DNA of 64,000 nt, from IMG/VR virus record IMGVR_UViG_2923967841_000001; one strand, given 5' to 3'. The notes beneath the pieces are model-generated. The model had not been told where the DNA came from and ran no database searches. It was given only the letters and a program-made list of their open reading frames with translations. Made by a program: the position numbers and the translations under genes. Below are positions 59,065-64,000 of the stretch, one piece after another; the first letter of the stretch is position 1, and the number at the start of each line of letters is the position of its first letter. This DNA is from a virus.

Positions 59065-59122
59065 GTTCAATTATTAAAGAATACTATAAATCTTACTTTT
59101 AAAGGAAATATTAAATTAAGTT

Positions 59123-59437
59123 TTATTCCTCTTCAGAATTATTATTAATTTGTGTAGATCCTGTAAATTTTGATTTTGTATCATTAATTACACTTTTTAA
59201 TTCTGAGCTTATATTTTCAACTACTTTCTTCGAATCTTGTTTAAGTTCCTCATCATTAATAGTTGATTCTAAAGTGTTGATAAAAGTTTTAAATATTTCT
59301 GTGGTACTTTCAACTGTTTTTTTAAAAGAGTCTTTTAAATCTTCAACTAAATCCTCTTCTTCAATTTTAGATTTTACTTTTTTTGCGATATTAGTTACAT
59401 CTTTATTAATTTCGGACCACTGATTTTCTTTATCCAT
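59123..59437 (-). CDS. Small acidic helical hypothetical protein
   Basis: 104-aa ORF rich in E/K/D, co-oriented with the upstream gene. Confidence 0.65.
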   Translation of the reverse strand: MDKENQWSEINKDVTNIAKKVKSKIEEEDLVEDLKDSFKKTVESTTEIFKTFINTLESTINDEELKQDSKKVVENISSELKSVINDTKSKFTGSTQINNNSEEE

Positions 59438-59452
59438 CCTTAAATTATATAT

Positions 59453-60298
59453 TTATAAGAGTTTAGATTTATCTTTAAAACTTAAATTTGGGTTTCTTGT
59501 TAACCTTTGCTTAGCCCATCTAGCAGGCGCTATAAGCCGAAAAAACGGTGGAAGAAAAGGCCTTGTAAACTTTAATAAATACAAATTAAAATTTAACAAC
59601 GCCGTTTTAAATTTTGTTTCTTTGATGCCATAAATTTTTTTAAATTCTGGAGGCAACGTATTGAAAGCTGTAAATGCAATAAAAGGCCATATTGGCTTAA
59701 TGTGTCTAGGAACTGGTCCTCCGTTAATTATGTCAGCAACATCAATAGCAACATCTGTTAAGACTAAATAATCTTTTTCTTTAGATTTTTCAATAACCCA
59801 ATTTTTTAATTCTTCATGTGATTTAGGCATAATTTGACGGTCAACTAAGACCATTTCTGCAGCTATTGAGTTTTCTTCATGATATTGATTTTTTTCTTTA
59901 TCAGTAAGTTTTTTAACAGTTTTTTCGTAAAAATAAATTGAGGATATCTGAAGACATGCATGCACCCAAAGAAGTTGTTCATGATCTAAAGCGTCATAGT
60001 AACCTCCTGTAATCTCATCATCTCCTTTAATTACTTCGTGAAGTTTATTTATTCTATGCGCACTTTCATCTGCTTCTTCTTTAGTACCAAAAGTTACAGA
60101 ATTCTGTAATGAAAGAGTTCTAATCAATCTTTTCCACGGATCTCGTTGATAAAAAGATGTCTGCCTAGCTCCAGCTGCTATAAGTGGGTGAGCAGCATGC
60201 ATAAGAAGCGCTCGAGCTCCTCCAAACAAAACTGTTATCTCTTTATTTATTTTCCACATCATAGAATGCGGTCCAAAATATCCTGGGTCACCTTTCAT
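59453..60298 (-). CDS. Oxygenase MpaB family protein (DUF2236 / rubber-oxygenase catalytic-like)
   Basis: GYFGPHSMMW, GGARALLMHAAHP, RLIRT, INKLH, YDALD, LLWVHA. Confidence 0.85.
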   Translation of the reverse strand: MKGDPGYFGPHSMMWKINKEITVLFGGARALLMHAAHPLIAAGARQTSFYQRDPWKRLIRTLSLQNSVTFGTKEEADESAHRINKLHEVIKGDDEITGGYYDALDHEQLLWVHACLQISSIYFYEKTVKKLTDKEKNQYHEENSIAAEMVLVDRQIMPKSHEELKNWVIEKSKEKDYLVLTDVAIDVADIINGGPVPRHIKPIWPFIAFTAFNTLPPEFKKIYGIKETKFKTALLNFNLYLLKFTRPFLPPFFRLIAPARWAKQRLTRNPNLSFKDKSKLL

Positions 60299-60382
60299 AG
60301 GAAAATTTTATCAATTCTGTGAAATATCAAAACTTATAGTTTTTAAAAAATATTTCAACATATAATTTGCTAGTAAAGACAA

Positions 60383-61486
60383 ATGAATAAAACACTCAAC
60401 TATATTTCTTATCAAAGTTTTCCAGCTGAAACTGCAAATAGTCTTCAAACTATATCTAATTTAAAATATTTGAATAGAAATAAGTATAAAATAAATCTTT
60501 ATTTTCCTCTTCGTGAAAAAAGTAGTTCTGACAATCTTGATAGATTAAAAGATTATTACTTATTCGATGAAGATATTAATGTAAAAGGACTGGACCATCC
60601 ATATCCTTTCGGCAAGATAAAATATTTTCAAAAAATATTTTTTCATATTAGTCATTATTTATGGGCAAAATCAATAACTAAAAAGTTTGATTATGAAAGC
60701 TACAAGGATGAATATTTTTTCACAAGATCGGATTGGATTCTCTATTTTTTAGCAAAAAGAAAATTTAATATTATATTTGAGTGCCACCAGTACTCAAAGG
60801 TAAGAAATTTTGTTTTTAAAAAAGTAGCTAACTACAAAAATGTAAAAATAATATTTTTGAACGAATTAATTAAAAATGAATTTAAAAACCCATTCTCAAA
60901 ATATTCAATATTACCAAGTGCAGTTGATTTTGATATTTTCAATAACCACGCTGTTGAAAAAATTGAGAATAAAATAACATTCGTTGGCAATTTATTAAGG
61001 TTTGGAAATGAAAGAAACTTGGACATCATCTTTAAAGCCTTTTCTACACCTGAGCTTCAGAAGTATCATTTAAATATTGTTGGAGGTCCTGATTCAGAAG
61101 TCACAAAAATTACAAGTTATCTTAAAAAGAATAATATTTCAAATATTGAAATGACTGGAAGACTTGGTCGTAAAGAAGTTGTTGAAGAGTTGCTCTCTTC
61201 ATCTGTTGGTTTATTGATAAACTCATCTGACAAACACTCTAAATTTTTTACATCACCTTTAAAATATTTTGAGTACCTAGCTGCTGGTTTACGGGTTGTT
61301 GCCATTGACTTTCCGTCTCACAAAATTCTTCCAAATCAAGAAAATATATACTACTTTAATGACAATCAAGATTCACTAATAAAGGCGGTTAACGAAGCTT
61401 TTAATGCTGATTTTAAAGATATTGAAAAGGATAAAATTTCACTTGAAACAAGAGCAAATCAAATAATTAAATTATTTGAAGATTAA
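60383..61486 (+). CDS. Glycosyltransferase family 4
   Basis: FPAETANSLQT, FVGNL, IVGG, FTSPLKYFEYLAAG. Confidence 0.85.
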   Translation: MNKTLNYISYQSFPAETANSLQTISNLKYLNRNKYKINLYFPLREKSSSDNLDRLKDYYLFDEDINVKGLDHPYPFGKIKYFQKIFFHISHYLWAKSITKKFDYESYKDEYFFTRSDWILYFLAKRKFNIIFECHQYSKVRNFVFKKVANYKNVKIIFLNELIKNEFKNPFSKYSILPSAVDFDIFNNHAVEKIENKITFVGNLLRFGNERNLDIIFKAFSTPELQKYHLNIVGGPDSEVTKITSYLKKNNISNIEMTGRLGRKEVVEELLSSSVGLLINSSDKHSKFFTSPLKYFEYLAAGLRVVAIDFPSHKILPNQENIYYFNDNQDSLIKAVNEAFNADFKDIEKDKISLETRANQIIKLFED

Positions 61487-61489
61487 TAG

Positions 61490-61563
61490 CACGCCTGGAG
61501 GGACTCGAACCCCCAACCCTCTGATCCGAAGTCAGATGCTCTATCCAGTTGAGCCACAGGCGC
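61490..61563 (-). tRNA. trnR: tRNA-Arg(TCG)
   Basis: Reverse complement GCGCCTG...CAGGCGTG; anticodon arm TCTGA-CTTCGGA-TCAGA; GTTCGAGTC. Confidence 0.93.
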
Positions 61564-61611
61564 AAAAATTTTTAATATTCTAAATTTTATACTTATATAA
61601 TAGTTGCAATA

Positions 61612-62346
61612 ATGAAAACAACTCAAGTGTTAAAAACAGACATTAGTGAAACAACGATTAGTGATGTTTCAAAGAAACTAATTACATCATCAAAGAATAG
61701 AGTTGCAATTTGTAATGCTAATACATTAGTCAGAAGTGTTAAAAATTTAGAAATACGAGATTCAATAAATAGCTTTTCTATTAAAACTCCTGACGGCTTT
61801 CCTGTTGCAAAAGCTCTTTCATTTCTATCAAAAAATAAGTTTCCTAGAGTTGATGGATATAAATTATTTTTGCAAACAATTTCAGATGGATTAGAAGCAA
61901 ATACAAGACATTATTTTTTTGGGAATAACGAAAAAACCACTTTAGAGATGATCAAAAATTTAAAAAACAAGTTTCCAAATATAAATATAAGTGGCTACAT
62001 TTGTCCAGAAAATCTCTCAGCTGATGATCTTGCATCTAAATATAAAGATAAGTTTATAAAGATTGATGCAGATATTGTGTGGGTTTCACTTGGATTTCCA
62101 AAACAAGAATTATTTATTGAGAAAATTTACAATGAAATAAATCCCGACACAAACTTTGTAGGAATAGGTGGAGTTTTTGAGTGGGTAGCTGGTACTAAAG
62201 TAAAAGCACCTGAATGGTTAGCTAATATTGGTTTAGAGTGGCTTTTTAGATTAATTCAAGATCCGAAGAGGTTGTATAAACGATATTTAATTGACAATAC
62301 ATTATTTATAGTTTACTTTTTGAGGCAAGTGCTCTTTCTTAGATAA
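61612..62346 (+). CDS. WecB/TagA/CpsF family glycosyltransferase (GT26)
   Basis: PDGFPV, RVDG, YFFG, DIVWVSLGFPKQE, GIGGVF, APEWLANIGLEWLFRL..DPKRLYKRY. Confidence 0.92.
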   Translation: MKTTQVLKTDISETTISDVSKKLITSSKNRVAICNANTLVRSVKNLEIRDSINSFSIKTPDGFPVAKALSFLSKNKFPRVDGYKLFLQTISDGLEANTRHYFFGNNEKTTLEMIKNLKNKFPNINISGYICPENLSADDLASKYKDKFIKIDADIVWVSLGFPKQELFIEKIYNEINPDTNFVGIGGVFEWVAGTKVKAPEWLANIGLEWLFRLIQDPKRLYKRYLIDNTLFIVYFLRQVLFLR

Positions 62347-62378
62347 ACAGTAAAATGAAGATTAGAAAATTGTGCTAA

Positions 62379-64000
62379 ATGAATAAATTATTTAATGAAT
62401 TAACAAATTCCCTATCAATGGAATTTAAAAATTATAACTTAAATGAATCTGTGCAACTAAGTATGTCAAAATTACCAGAATATGACATGCAAATAAACAA
62501 CCTTGTCAAATATAACAAATCAGATTTTTTTGAAGAACTTAGAAAAAATATTATAAAAATAATAAATAGCTCTAATTTATTTAAAGTTGTTGAAGAAAAC
62601 AATATTGGTTTTTTAAACTTAAAACTAAATCATGAATTTCTTAAAAACAAAATTACTAATACAAAAGATAATTTTAAAAGAAAAGAAAGTGAAAAAATAA
62701 TATTTGACTATGGTGGCCCAAATATTGGAAAACCCCTACATGTAGGACATATGCGGACTCTTAATATTGGAAGAAGCTTGTACAATATCCATTCATTTAT
62801 AGGCAATGAAGTAATAAGTGATATTCATTTAGGAGACTGGGGTATGCCTATTGCGCAAATTATTACCTACTTAGAGGAAAATAGCATTGATGTAGCAGGA
62901 ATAGATTCAAATCAATTAGAAATAATATACCCAAAAGCAAGTGAGGAGTACAAACAAAATGATAAATTTAAAATTCGAGCTCAAGAGATTAACAAAAAAC
63001 TAAATAACAACGATAAAGATCTTTTAACTATTTGGAAATCAATTAAAGATACATCAATTAAAAGCCTGAAAGAAAATTTTAAGTTATTTAATCATTCTTT
63101 TGACCAATGGCTAGGCGAAAGTGATGTGAACGAATTAATTCCGGAAATGATAGCTGATCTTATTAAAAATAAAAAAATTATTAATGATTCAGGTGCTTTA
63201 ATAAGTGCTCAAGATACAGAACCAAAAATATTAATAACAAAATCTGATGGCTCATATCTCTATATAACGACTGATCTTGCAACAATACTATATAGACAAA
63301 ATAATTTTAGTTATGATAAGGCATTCTATATTGTTGACAATCGACAATCTCTTCATTTTAAACAATTATTTGATTCAATAAATTTCTTTGAACTTAATAC
63401 TCTTTATCACGAACACGTTTCTTATGGAACACTAAATGATAGTAATGGTAATCCATTCAAAACAAGGGATGGCGGGACTAAACCATTAAGTGAGTTGTTT
63501 GAAGAAACATATATATATATAAAAAATATAAATGTCTCTTTGAAAGAACCTACAATTCGAGAATTAACAAATTCTGTTTTAACATTCAGTGATTTAATTA
63601 CAAATAGAAAAACCGATTATAAGTTTGACATAGAAAAATTTACTAACGTTAATGGTAAAACAGGTATTTATGTTCAGTATGCTCAAGTACGAGCTAAGAA
63701 ATTGCTTAAGAGTTTAAATCAGAAAAATAATGAACCTCGTGAATTACTTTTATCTGAAGTAGATAAAAAACTACTTTCAAAACTATATATGTTCGGACAC
63801 TTTCTTGAACAGGCGTTTTCTCTAAATGAGCCTCATCACCTTGCTAACTATCTTTATGATATTTCAAATTTATTTAATCAATTTTATGAAAGTGAAAAGG
63901 TTAGTGAAATAACTGACTTAGATCATTTATCATCAAAAATGTTTTTGATAAATTTATTTTTGACAACCAATCATAATGTTATGTACTGCTTAGGAATAGC
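62379..64000 (+). CDS. argS: Arginine--tRNA ligase (partial; runs off window end near the C-terminus)
   Basis: Own translation from ATG at 62379: FDYGGPNIGKPLHVGH (HIGH motif), HLGDWG, KSDGSYLY..TDLA, PFKTRDG, YVQYA, CLGI at the window edge. Not in the ORF track. Confidence 0.93.
   Translation, partial: MNKLFNELTNSLSMEFKNYNLNESVQLSMSKLPEYDMQINNLVKYNKSDFFEELRKNIIKIINSSNLFKVVEENNIGFLNLKLNHEFLKNKITNTKDNFKRKESEKIIFDYGGPNIGKPLHVGHMRTLNIGRSLYNIHSFIGNEVISDIHLGDWGMPIAQIITYLEENSIDVAGIDSNQLEIIYPKASEEYKQNDKFKIRAQEINKKLNNNDKDLLTIWKSIKDTSIKSLKENFKLFNHSFDQWLGESDVNELIPEMIADLIKNKKIINDSGALISAQDTEPKILITKSDGSYLYITTDLATILYRQNNFSYDKAFYIVDNRQSLHFKQLFDSINFFELNTLYHEHVSYGTLNDSNGNPFKTRDGGTKPLSELFEETYIYIKNINVSLKEPTIRELTNSVLTFSDLITNRKTDYKFDIEKFTNVNGKTGIYVQYAQVRAKKLLKSLNQKNNEPRELLLSEVDKKLLSKLYMFGHFLEQAFSLNEPHHLANYLYDISNLFNQFYESEKVSEITDLDHLSSKMFLINLFLTTNHNVMYCLGI

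Noticed and set aside
4405-61305. Short ORF-track entries (60-91 aa) antisense to longer genes or on junctions, e.g. 4405, 11756, 13349, 14810, 20605, 23622, 24618, 26557, 30003, 33179, 37718, 38764, 40786, 42248, 43045, 44010, 45631, 46135, 47096, 47588, 48446, 48911, 54865, 60832, 61117
   Set aside because: Shadow ORFs opposite well-supported genes, with no recognisable motifs.
1-64000. CRISPR array, rRNA, integrase, transposase or phage structural genes
   Set aside because: No regularly spaced repeats, long GC-rich structured RNA, R-H-R-Y recombinase motifs or DDE motifs were recognised. The tRNA-Phe repeats are separated by 0.8-2.1 kb of genes, so they are not CRISPR repeats.

Overview
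Very AT-rich, tightly packed bacterial DNA (A+T judged by eye, not computed). An MpaB/DUF2236-type oxygenase, a Ppm1-like synthase, tRNAs without encoded CCA, near absence of Shine-Dalgarno motifs and minimal intergenic space suggest a streamlined low-GC actinobacterium such as Ca. Actinomarina; this assignment is inference only. About 1-62 kb is a cell-surface glycan region with more than 25 glycosyltransferase-like ORFs (GT2, GT4, GT8, GT10, GT11, GT26, GT47-like, GT-C-like and others), gmd/fcl, a DegT aminotransferase, an AsnB-like amidotransferase, seven methyltransferases, a PglK/MsbA-like ABC exporter, two WaaL/Wzy-like proteins and a priming sugar transferase. Five tRNAs (Val, Phe, Asp, Lys, Arg) and a nearly complete argS are present. 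The strongest unexplained structure is a set of small integrase-free cassettes at tRNA 3' ends. One 1.1-kb single-gene cassette at tRNA-Val has a 46-bp target duplication and paired attP-like arm repeats. A tandem array of three 0.8-2.1-kb cassettes at tRNA-Phe is separated by tRNA 3' fragments, the farthest of which is degenerate, and two of the cassettes share a gap-free 70-bp arm module. The Phe cassettes carry glycan-modifying genes co-oriented with the tRNA, suggesting an integron-like, trans-mobilised glycotype-conversion system. No integrase, transposase, CRISPR array or rRNA was seen.
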